NCBI GenBank assembly: GCA_035623825.1
Contig: DASPSR010000003.1
Location: 1-14,017, forward strand
Origin: Nitrospirota bacterium
GTDB taxonomy: Bacteria > Nitrospirota > UBA9217
Reading direction: 5' to 3'
Length of the DNA stretch: 14,017 bases
Below are positions 1 to 8,180 of this stretch, piece by piece. Position numbers and translations under genes: made by a program. The notes below the pieces were generated by a model. It did not search any database. It was not told the origin of the DNA and saw nothing but the letters and a program-made list of their open reading frames with translations. Positions within the stretch are counted from its first letter, which is position 1. Each line of letters starts with the position of its first letter.

Positions 1-265
1 CGAGGCGTACATTCTGACAAAGGAAGAGGGTGGCCGCCATACGCCGTTCTTCAACGGCTACCGTCCCCAGTTCTACTTCCGGACGACGGACGTGACGGGG
101 GTGGTGAAGCTTGCCGAGGGAGTGGAGATGGTGATGCCGGGTGACAACATGGGCTGCACGGTGGAGCTGATCACCCCGATCGCGATGGACAAGGAGTTGC
201 GGTTCGCGATCCGCGAGGGCGGCAGGACGGTGGGCGCCGGAGTCATCACCGAAGTTATCGAGTAA
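1..265 (+). CDS. tuf: Elongation factor Tu, C-terminal fragment (5' truncated by window edge)
   Basis: Frame from nt 2 translates [33 protein letters not shown]...MVMPGDN...[22 protein letters not shown], the canonical EF-Tu domain III; TAA at 263-265. Not in the ORF track. Confidence 0.99.
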   Translation, partial: EAYILTKEEGGRHTPFFNGYRPQFYFRTTDVTGVVKLAEGVEMVMPGDNMGCTVELITPIAMDKELRFAIREGGRTVGAGVITEVIE

Positions 266-283
266 AAAGAGAAGGGATTGCAC

Positions 284-589
284 GTGACACAAAAGATCAG
301 GATACGATTAAAGGGATACGACCACAGACTGCTCGATCAGTCCGCGGTAGAAATCATGGATACGGCTAAGAGGACAGGCGCCAAGGTGTCTGGTCCCATT
401 CCGTTGCCGACCCGGATCAACCGATGGACAGTACTCCGCTCTCCTCACGTTGATAAGAAGTCCAGGGAGCAGTTCGAAATCAGGACGCACAAGCGGCTGA
501 TGGACATTCTGGATCCCACTCCGCAGACCGTTGATGCGCTCATGAAGCTTGATCTTGCTGCCGGCGTTGACGTGGAGATCAAGCTGTAG
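284..589 (+). CDS. rpsJ: 30S ribosomal protein uS10
   Basis: [18 protein letters not shown]...GPIPLPT...[24 protein letters not shown] at 284 preferred over TTG 278 because purine-rich GAAGGGA (271-277) lies 6 nt upstream. Confidence 0.97.
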   Translation: MTQKIRIRLKGYDHRLLDQSAVEIMDTAKRTGAKVSGPIPLPTRINRWTVLRSPHVDKKSREQFEIRTHKRLMDILDPTPQTVDALMKLDLAAGVDVEIKL

Positions 590-664
590 CCGTTCTGAAA
601 ACAACCGCCAAAGCTCGGCGCATTCGGTAAGAATTGAAGCCCGCTCGCGGTGAAGGGATGCGAA

Positions 665-1279
665 ATGAACAAGGGAATTATCGGGAAAAAGATAGGCATG
701 AGCCAGCACTTCAGCGGCGGGGAGCTGATTCCGGTTACCGTGATACAGGCGGGCCCGTGCACGGTAGTCCAGAAAAAGACCGCAGAAAAAGACGGCTACG
801 AGTCGGTTCAGCTTGCCTTTGAAGAGGAGAAGAAACAGAAGCGCGTGACCAAGCCGGTCGCCGGTCACTTTAAAAAGTCGAATGTACAGCCGCATCGGGT
901 TCTTCGTGAATTTCGCACCGGAGAGTTTGAGCAGGGGCAGGTCGTAACCGTCGATATTTTCAAAAAAGGCGAGCTGATCGCCGTCAGCGGCGTCAGCAAG
1001 GGGAAAGGTTTTGCGGGCGTCATGAAAAGACACAAATTCGCAGGCGGACCCGGTGGTCACGGCTCCATGTTCAACAGGGCGCCGGGTTCGATTGGTTCCA
1101 GCGCCTGGCCCTCTCGGGTATGGCCCGGCAAGAAGCTCCCGGGACATATGGGGGCCGCCACGGTAACGATTAAGAATTTGGAGATTGTCGATGTTCGGCC
1201 GGACCAGAATTTGCTGTTCGTACGCGGAGCGGTGCCAGGCGGCGAAAATGGATTACTGCTTATCTATAAGGCCGATTAA
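665..1279 (+). CDS. rplC: 50S ribosomal protein uL3
   Basis: KGIIGKKIGMSQ...PVTVIQAGPC...SKGKGFAGVMKRH...RAPGSIG...GKKLPGHMG. ATG 665 follows GAAGGGA (652-658); ORF track starts at 650. Confidence 0.97.
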   Translation: MNKGIIGKKIGMSQHFSGGELIPVTVIQAGPCTVVQKKTAEKDGYESVQLAFEEEKKQKRVTKPVAGHFKKSNVQPHRVLREFRTGEFEQGQVVTVDIFKKGELIAVSGVSKGKGFAGVMKRHKFAGGPGGHGSMFNRAPGSIGSSAWPSRVWPGKKLPGHMGAATVTIKNLEIVDVRPDQNLLFVRGAVPGGENGLLLIYKAD

Positions 1280-1302
1280 GACGAAATAGGGGACCAACTG
1301 AA

Positions 1303-1926
1303 ATGCCATCAGTCGTAATGGTTGACCAAAACAACAAAAAAGTAAGGGACGTCGAGCTTCCAGGAGTGTTTTCGGCAGAAGTACGATCCCACCTTGTCCA
1401 CGCCGCTGTTGTGAATCAGCTTGCGAACAGAAGAGCTGGTACGGCATCGACGAAGAACAAAGCGCTCGTCAGTGGCGGCGGTAAAAAACCATGGAAGCAG
1501 AAGGGCACTGGCAGAGCACGCGCCGGGAGCAGCCGGTCGCCGCTCTGGAGGCATGGCGGCACGGTGTTCGGTCCGATGCCGAGAGATTATTCCTATTCTC
1601 TCCCGAAGAAGGCGAAACGTGCTGCCCTCGTTGAAGCCCTTGCATCAAAAATCAACGAGAACAAGTTGATTCTCGTGGACTCGTTGGATATCGCAGAACC
1701 CAGGACTAAGCTCGCATCGTCCCTGCTCGCGAACCTCGGGGTCCAGGAAAACGTCCTTGTGCTCATTAAGGCAAAAAATGAAAATCTGACCCTGGCCGCC
1801 CGGAACATCCCGACGGTAAAGGTGCTCAGGTTGGCAAACATCAATGTCTATGACGTCCTCAAGTACCGGCACCTCATTACGACACAGGATGCCTTGGACG
1901 CCCTGCAGGAGGAGTACGGGAAATGA
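1303..1926 (+). CDS. rplD: 50S ribosomal protein uL4
   Basis: RRAGTASTK...GGGKKPWKQKGTGRARAGSSRSPLWRHGGTVFGPMPRDY signature. Confidence 0.98.
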   Translation: MPSVVMVDQNNKKVRDVELPGVFSAEVRSHLVHAAVVNQLANRRAGTASTKNKALVSGGGKKPWKQKGTGRARAGSSRSPLWRHGGTVFGPMPRDYSYSLPKKAKRAALVEALASKINENKLILVDSLDIAEPRTKLASSLLANLGVQENVLVLIKAKNENLTLAARNIPTVKVLRLANINVYDVLKYRHLITTQDALDALQEEYGK

Positions 1927-2216
1927 CAACAGATTTTTACGATGTGATTCGAGTGCCACGGATCACCGAAAAGGGCACGAGGCTCAAGGAAAAAAATAAT
2001 GTACTGACCTTCGAAGTGAGGACCGACGCCAATAAAGTTGAAGTGCGGAAGGCGATTGAAGGCATCTTCAAGGTCAAAGTGTCGGATGTTACGACGGTAA
2101 AGAGTGCGGGCAAAAAGAAGCGTATGGGGCAGCGGCTCGGTCGCCGGTCGGACTGGAAGAAAGCCTACGTCACGCTCAAGCCCGGCGAGAAAATTGATAT
2201 TTTTGAGGGTGCTTAA
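1923..2216 (+). CDS. rplW: 50S ribosomal protein uL23
   Basis: PRITEK...TFEV...ANKVEVRKAIEGIFKVKV...WKKAYVTL; ATGA overlap with rplD stop. Confidence 0.98.
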   Translation: MTTDFYDVIRVPRITEKGTRLKEKNNVLTFEVRTDANKVEVRKAIEGIFKVKVSDVTTVKSAGKKKRMGQRLGRRSDWKKAYVTLKPGEKIDIFEGA

Positions 2217-3044
2217 ATGCCGGTAAAGACCTATAATCCAACTTCCCCTGGAAGGCGGTTTCAGACCACATCGACGTTTGAAGAAGTGACGAGGAGTACG
2301 CCGGAAAAATCGCTGGTTGTCAAGACCAGCCAGAGTGGCGGCAGAAACAACCGTGGGAAGATAACCGTGCGGTACCGGGGCGGCTGGCACAAGAAAAAAT
2401 ACAGGATCGTCGACTTCAGGCGCGATAAGTCTGGGATTCCGGCAACGGTGGCGCATATCGAGTATGATCCCAACCGTTCGGCAAGGATTGCGCTCCTCCA
2501 CTACGTTGACGGCGAGAAGCGCTACATCATTGCTCCGGTGGGGTTAAAGGTCGGCGACAGCGTCATGTCCGGTCCTAATGCGGATATCAGGCCCGGCAAT
2601 GCTCTTCCCATCACGTCGATCCCGGTCGGTACCATTCTTCATAATGTTGAGCTCAAGAAGGGCGCTGGCGGGCAGCTTGCCAGGAGCGCCGGCTCATCGG
2701 TACAGCTGCTCGCGCGTGAAGGCGAATATGCGACGTTGAGGCTCAACTCCGGCGAGGTACGCATGGTCCGTTCAGAGTGCATGGCGACCGTAGGACAGGT
2801 CGGGAATTTGGACCATGAAAACATAAGTATCGGCAAGGCGGGCAGAGCTCGATGGATGGGCATGAGACCGCGGGTTCGCGGCGTTGCCATGAACCCCGTT
2901 GATCACCCGCTCGGCGGCGGGGAAGGCAAGTCCTCGGGCGGCAGGCCGGGCTGCTCACCGTGGGGTCTCCCCGACGGGAAGAAGACGAGGCACAACAAGA
3001 CTACAAGCAAGTACATTATTTCGAGAAGGACCAAGAGCAGGTAG
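2217..3044 (+). CDS. rplB: 50S ribosomal protein uL2
   Basis: [10 protein letters not shown]...[14 protein letters not shown]...[21 protein letters not shown]; starts directly after rplW TAA. Confidence 0.99.
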   Translation: MPVKTYNPTSPGRRFQTTSTFEEVTRSTPEKSLVVKTSQSGGRNNRGKITVRYRGGWHKKKYRIVDFRRDKSGIPATVAHIEYDPNRSARIALLHYVDGEKRYIIAPVGLKVGDSVMSGPNADIRPGNALPITSIPVGTILHNVELKKGAGGQLARSAGSSVQLLAREGEYATLRLNSGEVRMVRSECMATVGQVGNLDHENISIGKAGRARWMGMRPRVRGVAMNPVDHPLGGGEGKSSGGRPGCSPWGLPDGKKTRHNKTTSKYIISRRTKSR

Positions 3045-3066
3045 TTTGCTATAAACGGAGGGTACG

Positions 3067-3360
3067 GTGCCCAGATCAGTTAAAAAAGGCCCTTTTATCG
3101 ATGAGAGCCTTATGAAAAAAATAGAGGCCATGAACGCATCGGGGGAAAAGAAGATTGTGAAGACGTGGTCTCGACGGTCAACGATTACACCAGAATTTGT
3201 GGGACACACCATGGCAGTGCACAACGGCAAGAAGTTTATTCCGGTGTATATCACCGAGAACATGGTCGGTCACAAGCTCGGCGAATTTTCTCCGACCCGG
3301 ATATTTAAGGCCCATGGCGGGTCAAAGGCCGCGGAAAAGGCAAGCGCGCCGAAGCCGTAG
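3067..3360 (+). CDS. rpsS: 30S ribosomal protein uS19
   Basis: [11 protein letters not shown]...KTWSRRSTI...[28 protein letters not shown]; GTG start after GGAGGG. Confidence 0.98.
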   Translation: MPRSVKKGPFIDESLMKKIEAMNASGEKKIVKTWSRRSTITPEFVGHTMAVHNGKKFIPVYITENMVGHKLGEFSPTRIFKAHGGSKAAEKASAPKP

Positions 3361-3392
3361 CACACGCCGCGCATGGAGAGCGAGGTTAGCAC

Positions 3393-3722
3393 ATGGAAGC
3401 AAGCGCAACAATCAGACATATACGAATTACGCCGCGCAAGGCGAGGCAGGTCGTAGATCTCATCCGGGGCAAGATGGTTGGAGATGCCATCAATATCCTC
3501 ACCTTCACGCCGCTCCACGCAGCGCGGATCGTCAAAAAGCTCTTGGATTCGGCTGTAGCGAACGCCGAGCAGAAAAAAGTGGGAGACCTGGATACGCTCA
3601 AAGTAACGAAGGCGTATGTTAATCAAGGCGTTACGATGAAACGCATGAGGGCCCGCGCGATGGGGCGTGGGAATGTGATTAGAAAAAGGACCAGCCATAT
3701 AACGCTGGTGCTCTCAGCGTAG
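3393..3722 (+). CDS. rplV: 50S ribosomal protein uL22
   Basis: [18 protein letters not shown]...[11 protein letters not shown]...[22 protein letters not shown]; GAGGT upstream. Confidence 0.98.
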   Translation: MEASATIRHIRITPRKARQVVDLIRGKMVGDAINILTFTPLHAARIVKKLLDSAVANAEQKKVGDLDTLKVTKAYVNQGVTMKRMRARAMGRGNVIRKRTSHITLVLSA

Positions 3723-3741
3723 CTATCATTTTGGAGGCATA

Positions 3742-4386
3742 ATGGGACAGAAGGTTCATCCGGTCGGGCTTCGGCTCGGGATTATAAAAACATGGGATTC
3801 CCGCTGGTTTTCGCAGAAAAGTTACGCGTCGCTCCTGCACGAGGATATCAAGATCCGAAAGATCGTGAAAGAGCGGCTCATGCACGCCGGTGTTTCCAAG
3901 ATTGAGATAGAGCGCGCAGGCCAGAAGGCAAAGATCAACATACACACGGCGCGGCCCGGCATCATTATCGGGAAAAAGGGGGCCGAGGTCGATAAACTTA
4001 AGAAGGACCTCGAGGCTATGACCGGCAAGCAGATGTACATCAACATCCAAGAGATCCGGAGGCCCGAGCTGGACGCTCAGCTGGTAGCGGAAAATATAGC
4101 GCTCCAACTCGAGCGCAGGATTGCGTTCCGCAGGGCCATGAAGAAGTCGGTGACTTCCGCTCTGCGGTTGGGCGCCCTGGGGATCAAGATAACCTGCGCG
4201 GGCAGACTGGCGGGCGCGGAAATCGCACGTACCGAGTGGTACCGCGAAGGCCGAGTGCCGCTCCACACGTTGCGCGCCGATATCCAGTACGGCTTCTTTG
4301 AGGCCAAAACCACGATGGGCCAGATCGGCGTCAAGGTTTTGATTTACCGGGGTGATGTGCTCCAGCCGCCGACTGTTGCAGCGTGA
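3742..4386 (+). CDS. rpsC: 30S ribosomal protein uS3
   Basis: [14 protein letters not shown]...[12 protein letters not shown] (KH domain)...[28 protein letters not shown]; GGAGG upstream. Confidence 0.99.
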   Translation: MGQKVHPVGLRLGIIKTWDSRWFSQKSYASLLHEDIKIRKIVKERLMHAGVSKIEIERAGQKAKINIHTARPGIIIGKKGAEVDKLKKDLEAMTGKQMYINIQEIRRPELDAQLVAENIALQLERRIAFRRAMKKSVTSALRLGALGIKITCAGRLAGAEIARTEWYREGRVPLHTLRADIQYGFFEAKTTMGQIGVKVLIYRGDVLQPPTVAA

Positions 4387-4432
4387 CCCATCTGCTGTTG
4401 TGTGACCATCACGGGAATAAAGGACTGTCATT

Positions 4433-4849
4433 ATGTTAGCACCCAAAAGAGTAAAACACAGAAAGATGCACAAGGGCAGGAGGAGGGGCACGGCTTACCG
4501 GGGCGCGGAAGTCAGCTATGGAGAGTACGGCCTCAAGGTCCTCGAGCCGGGCTGGATATCGAGCAGACAGATAGAGGCGGCCCGTATCGCCATGACCCGA
4601 TATGTCAAGCGTGGCGGCAAGATCTGGATACGGATATTCCCGGACAAGCCGATCACCAAGAAACCGGCGGAAACGCGTATGGGGAAAGGCAAGGGGGCGC
4701 CGGAATACTGGGTTGCCGTGGTGAAACCCGGCAGAGTGCTCTATGAAATGGGTGGTGTTGACGAGGCTGTTGCAAGAGAGGCATTTCGTTTAGCCGCTTA
4801 CAAACTGCCGATCGCGACGACATTCGTTTCCCGGGAGGCTGAAATATGA
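4433..4849 (+). CDS. rplP: 50S ribosomal protein uL16
   Basis: [16 protein letters not shown]...[11 protein letters not shown]...[21 protein letters not shown]. Confidence 0.99.
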   Translation: MLAPKRVKHRKMHKGRRRGTAYRGAEVSYGEYGLKVLEPGWISSRQIEAARIAMTRYVKRGGKIWIRIFPDKPITKKPAETRMGKGKGAPEYWVAVVKPGRVLYEMGGVDEAVAREAFRLAAYKLPIATTFVSREAEI

Positions 4850-5046
4850 AGACAGGTGCAAAAGATCTGAGGGACCTCTCGAGTGAAGAGCTCCTGGCCA
4901 AGGCGGCTGATCTAAAAAAAGAAATGTTTAACTTGAGGGTGCAGCAGGCGATGGGGCAAATTGAGAATCCAATGCGCCTGAGGCTGCTGCGTAAGGATAT
5001 CGCGAGAACGAAGACGGTCTTAAAGGAAAAGTATGGGCGAGTCTAA
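4846..5046 (+). CDS. rpmC: 50S ribosomal protein uL29
   Basis: [11 protein letters not shown]...[35 protein letters not shown]; ATGA overlap with rplP. Confidence 0.97.
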   Translation: MKTGAKDLRDLSSEELLAKAADLKKEMFNLRVQQAMGQIENPMRLRLLRKDIARTKTVLKEKYGRV

Positions 5047-5302
5047 CGAGTCTAAAAAAAGAAAGACGTATGTCGGGCAGGTCATCAGCGACAAAATGGA
5101 CAAGACGGTGGTGCTGGCGGTCACCAGGCGTATCGCGCATGCGCGATACAGCAAGACCATAAAGCGCACGACGAAATTCAAGGTCCATGACGAAAAGAAT
5201 GAGTGCAAGGTTGGTGATGTGGTCAGGTTCATAGAAACCAGGCCTCTATCCAAGGAAAAGCGGTGGACGGTTCTCGAAATCGTCGAGAAGGCTAATCAAT
5301 AG
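5033..5302 (+). CDS. rpsQ: 30S ribosomal protein uS17
   Basis: [13 protein letters not shown]...[31 protein letters not shown]; 14-nt overlap with rpmC. Confidence 0.97.
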   Translation: MGESNESKKRKTYVGQVISDKMDKTVVLAVTRRIAHARYSKTIKRTTKFKVHDEKNECKVGDVVRFIETRPLSKEKRWTVLEIVEKANQ

Positions 5303-5339
5303 CAGTACGTGACACGATATTCTTACCTGAGGATGAGAT

Positions 5340-5708
5340 ATGATCCAGCAGCAGACAGTACTGGATGTTGCCGATAACTCCGGTGCAAAAAAAGTAATGT
5401 GTATCAAGGTGCTCGGTGGTACGCGCAAACGTTATGCCACTCTCGGTGACGTGATCGTCGTTGCCATCAAAATGGCGATTCCCGAGGGGCAGGTCAAGAA
5501 GGGCACGGTGGCCAAGGCTGTTGTCGTCCGGACGACCAAGGAAGTCCGGCGGCAGGACGGGTCATACATCAAGTTTGACAGGAATGCGGCGGTGTTGATC
5601 AACAACCAGAACGAGCCGATCGGGACGCGTATTTTCGGGCCCGTGGCGAGAGAGCTTCGGAAGAAGAACTTCATGAAGATCATATCACTTGCACCAGAAG
5701 TATTATAG
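5340..5708 (+). CDS. rplN: 50S ribosomal protein uL14
   Basis: [17 protein letters not shown]...[10 protein letters not shown]...[13 protein letters not shown]...[10 protein letters not shown]. Confidence 0.99.
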   Translation: MIQQQTVLDVADNSGAKKVMCIKVLGGTRKRYATLGDVIVVAIKMAIPEGQVKKGTVAKAVVVRTTKEVRRQDGSYIKFDRNAAVLINNQNEPIGTRIFGPVARELRKKNFMKIISLAPEVL

Positions 5709-5756
5709 CGCACATTATGGGGCCGATTACGCCTCTCGAGAGCAGGATACAGGAAA

Positions 5757-6068
5757 ATGCAGATAAAGAAAAACGATAATGTGATGATAATCTCCGGCAA
5801 GGAGAAGGGTAAGCGGGGCAGAGTCATTGCGGTCTATCCGGCCACCAACAGGCTCCTTGTCGAAAGACTGAACATGATCAAGCGGCATACGCGGCCTACG
5901 CAGCAGCTTCGGCAGGGCGGCATCGTGGAGAGAGAGAGTCCCCTCTCCGCTTCGAATGTGAGGTTGATCTGCGCGAAATGCGACAAGCCCACGACGGTGT
6001 CACGGAGGGATCAGGGCGACGGGACGCGTGTCAGGGTGTGTAAGAGCTGCAACGCGACGATTGATTGA
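5757..6068 (+). CDS. rplX: 50S ribosomal protein uL24 (variant with two CxxC motifs)
   Basis: KOW motif IKKNDNVMIISGKEKGKRGRV, GGIVERESPLSASNV, then CAKC and CKSC. Confidence 0.98.
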   Translation: MQIKKNDNVMIISGKEKGKRGRVIAVYPATNRLLVERLNMIKRHTRPTQQLRQGGIVERESPLSASNVRLICAKCDKPTTVSRRDQGDGTRVRVCKSCNATID

Positions 6069-6127
6069 TACCGCGGCGGTTCTTGCGTAGCGGGTGTCTA
6101 GAACGGTGAAATTAGGAAAAAAGAAAT

Positions 6128-6865
6128 ATGGCAGATAAAAAAGACAAGACCAAAGAGACCAAAGAGACCAAAAGCGACGATCAGCGGAAAGCAGCGCCCA
6201 AGGCACCGGCAGCGAAAGCGGCGGCAAAGCCGAAGGCTGCACCAAAGGAATCAAAAAAAGGAGCCAAATCAGCTGAAGGTGCACCGGAGGCAGCAGCGGG
6301 GAAAATCGCTCCGGAAAAGATCCCGATACCGAGGCTGAAACAGCGGTACCATGATGTCGTCGTTCCTGCTCTCATGAAAGAGTTCAGCTATAAGAACACC
6401 ATGCAGGCGCCGAAGCTGGTGAAGGTCGTGATCAACGTCGGTATGGGCGAGGCGATCAGCAATGCCAAGGCACTCGACCATGCTGCCGATGAACTGGGGC
6501 GGATCTCCGGACAGCGGCCGGTGATCACCCGCGCCAAAAAGTCCATTGCGACCTTCAAGCTCAGGGAAGGAATGCCGATCGGCTGCATGGTGACCCTCAG
6601 GCGCGAACGGATGTTTGAATTCCTCGACCGGTTCATCAGCGCGGCGCTTCCGCGTATCAGGGACTTTAAGGGCGTGTCGTCCAAGTCTTTTGACGGAAGA
6701 GGAAATTACACGATCGGAATCAAAGAGCAGGTTATTTTCCCTGAGATCGAAATCGATAAAGTCGATTCGATTCATGGGCTCGATATCGTGATTGTTACGA
6801 CGGCGAAGACCGATGAAGAGGGCAGGGCATTGCTCGGCCATTTGGGGATGCCTTACAGAAAATAG
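6128..6865 (+). CDS. rplE: 50S ribosomal protein uL5 with ~66-aa Lys/Ala-rich N-terminal extension
   Basis: Core PRLKQRY...[11 protein letters not shown]...[31 protein letters not shown]...LPRIRDFKG...FDGRGNY; no in-frame ATG/GTG/TTG between 6128 and the core. Confidence 0.96.
   Translation: MADKKDKTKETKETKSDDQRKAAPKAPAAKAAAKPKAAPKESKKGAKSAEGAPEAAAGKIAPEKIPIPRLKQRYHDVVVPALMKEFSYKNTMQAPKLVKVVINVGMGEAISNAKALDHAADELGRISGQRPVITRAKKSIATFKLREGMPIGCMVTLRRERMFEFLDRFISAALPRIRDFKGVSSKSFDGRGNYTIGIKEQVIFPEIEIDKVDSIHGLDIVIVTTAKTDEEGRALLGHLGMPYRK
6147..6172 (+). repeat. In-frame 9-nt tandem repeat (AGACCAAAG x ~2.9) in the uL5 extension
   Basis: agaccaaag agaccaaag agaccaaa, encoding (K)TKETKETK. Confidence 0.85.
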
Positions 6866-6898
6866 TTCGGTCAGCCGTGTGTGATGTATGGAGGAATA

Positions 6899-7084
6899 AT
6901 GGCAAAGAAGTCCCTGATCGCGAAGGCATTGAGACCATCGAAGTTTAAGGTGCGAGCATACCACCGCTGTCCGCTATGCGGGCGCTCCCGGGGGTATCTG
7001 AGAAAATTTGACATGTGCAGGATTTGCTTCAGAAACAGGGCGCTCAAGGGAGAGATCCCGGGCGTGATCAAGGCGAGTTGGTAA
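6899..7084 (+). CDS. rpsN: 30S ribosomal protein uS14, 61-aa zinc-binding (type Z) form
   Basis: [10 protein letters not shown]...[23 protein letters not shown]...[11 protein letters not shown]; ATG 6899 after GGAGG (6890-6894) gives the typical 61 aa. Confidence 0.97.
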   Translation: MAKKSLIAKALRPSKFKVRAYHRCPLCGRSRGYLRKFDMCRICFRNRALKGEIPGVIKASW

Positions 7085-7103
7085 GCCAAAGGGGTTCGAA
7101 TCA

Positions 7104-7499
7104 ATGATGACCGATCCGATAGCGGATATGCTGACGCGCATCCGCAATGCCAGTAAGGCAAAGCAAGAAAAAGTGGACATCCCTTCATCGAAGCTTAAGG
7201 TGGAGATAGCGAAGATCCTGAAGGATGAAGGTTATGTTAAGAACGTGAAGCTGGTGAAAGATCGCCGGCAGGGTTTGATCCGAGTGTATCTCAAATATAC
7301 CGATGACGAGATGCCGGTCATCCAGGGCCTGAAGCGCGTCAGCAGGCCCGGATGCAGGGTGTATACTGGCAACGATGCCATCCCCATGGTAATGGGCGGG
7401 CTCGGGACGGCCATTCTGTCAACGCCCAGAGGGATCCGGACCGGCAAGCAGGCTAAGAAAGATAACGTGGGCGGAGAAGTTATCTGCCATGTGTGGTAA
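7104..7499 (+). CDS. rpsH: 30S ribosomal protein uS8
   Basis: [15 protein letters not shown]...[12 protein letters not shown]...[12 protein letters not shown]...GGEVICHVW. Confidence 0.99.
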   Translation: MMTDPIADMLTRIRNASKAKQEKVDIPSSKLKVEIAKILKDEGYVKNVKLVKDRRQGLIRVYLKYTDDEMPVIQGLKRVSRPGCRVYTGNDAIPMVMGGLGTAILSTPRGIRTGKQAKKDNVGGEVICHVW

Positions 7500-7546
7500 T
7501 TAATTGGCCAATTGAATTCGTCAATCAGGCGCAGGAGCTGTCAACA

Positions 7547-8095
7547 ATGTCAAGGGTTGGTAAGAAACCTATAGAAATGCCCGCGGGAGTCGAGGCAAAG
7601 CTCGAAACCGGGAAAATAACGATCAAAGGCCCGTTGGGAGAGATCAGCCAGGGCGTAGATCCGAAGCTGACGGTCAAAAAAGAAAACAACCAACTCAAGG
7701 TTGAGCGGCCGTCAGACCAGAAGATCTATCGTGAATTGCACGGATTAACGAGAAATCTTATCGCTAATATGGTGACGGGGGTTAGCAAGGGATACGAAAA
7801 GACTCTCGATATATCCGGCGTCGGTTTCAAAGCGGCGGCACAAGGGACAAACCTGATGCTCAGCCTCGGGTTCTCCCATCCCATCGTGTATCCCCTGCCC
7901 AAAGGGATCAAGGCAACAGTCGACGCCAAACAGACGCAGATCACACTCAAGGGTGTCGACAAGCAGCTTGTAGGCCAGATAGCGGCGAACCTGAGAAGCC
8001 TGAAGAAGCCGGAGCCATACAAGGGCAAAGGTATCAAGTACGGCGGCGAGGTGGTACATCGCAAGGAAGGCAAGGCCGGCAAGACCGGGAAGTAG
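7547..8095 (+). CDS. rplF: 50S ribosomal protein uL6
   Basis: MSRVGKKPI...HGLTRNLIANMVTGVSKGY...LGFSHP...PEPYKGKGIKY; ATG 7547 after AGGAG (7533-7537); ORF track start 7493 is an upstream extension. Confidence 0.97.
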   Translation: MSRVGKKPIEMPAGVEAKLETGKITIKGPLGEISQGVDPKLTVKKENNQLKVERPSDQKIYRELHGLTRNLIANMVTGVSKGYEKTLDISGVGFKAAAQGTNLMLSLGFSHPIVYPLPKGIKATVDAKQTQITLKGVDKQLVGQIAANLRSLKKPEPYKGKGIKYGGEVVHRKEGKAGKTGK

Positions 8096-8180
8096 AACGC
8101 TCCTCGCCGGCGGCTCATGGTTCTTTCATGAGCAGCTCCAGGCAGAGAGCCATGAACTGATTTCATGATGGAGAGTGATT

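Noticed and set aside
308-1147. 279-aa minus-strand ORF (and similar ones at 1848-2501, 3679-4491, 6269-6964, 11533-12024)
   Set aside because: Antisense shadows of conserved r-protein or map genes, with no recognisable motifs; long antisense frames are expected opposite GC-rich coding sequence.
5733-5742. Palindrome CTCTCGAGAG in the rplN-rplX spacer
   Set aside because: Single 10-bp palindrome, plausible by chance in 14 kb, no supporting context.
7493-7546. Apparent N-terminal extensions of uL6 (also uL3 650-664 and uS14 6881-6898)
   Set aside because: Artefacts of longest-ORF calling: a downstream ATG with an SD restores the canonical N-terminus, unlike uL5 where no such start exists.
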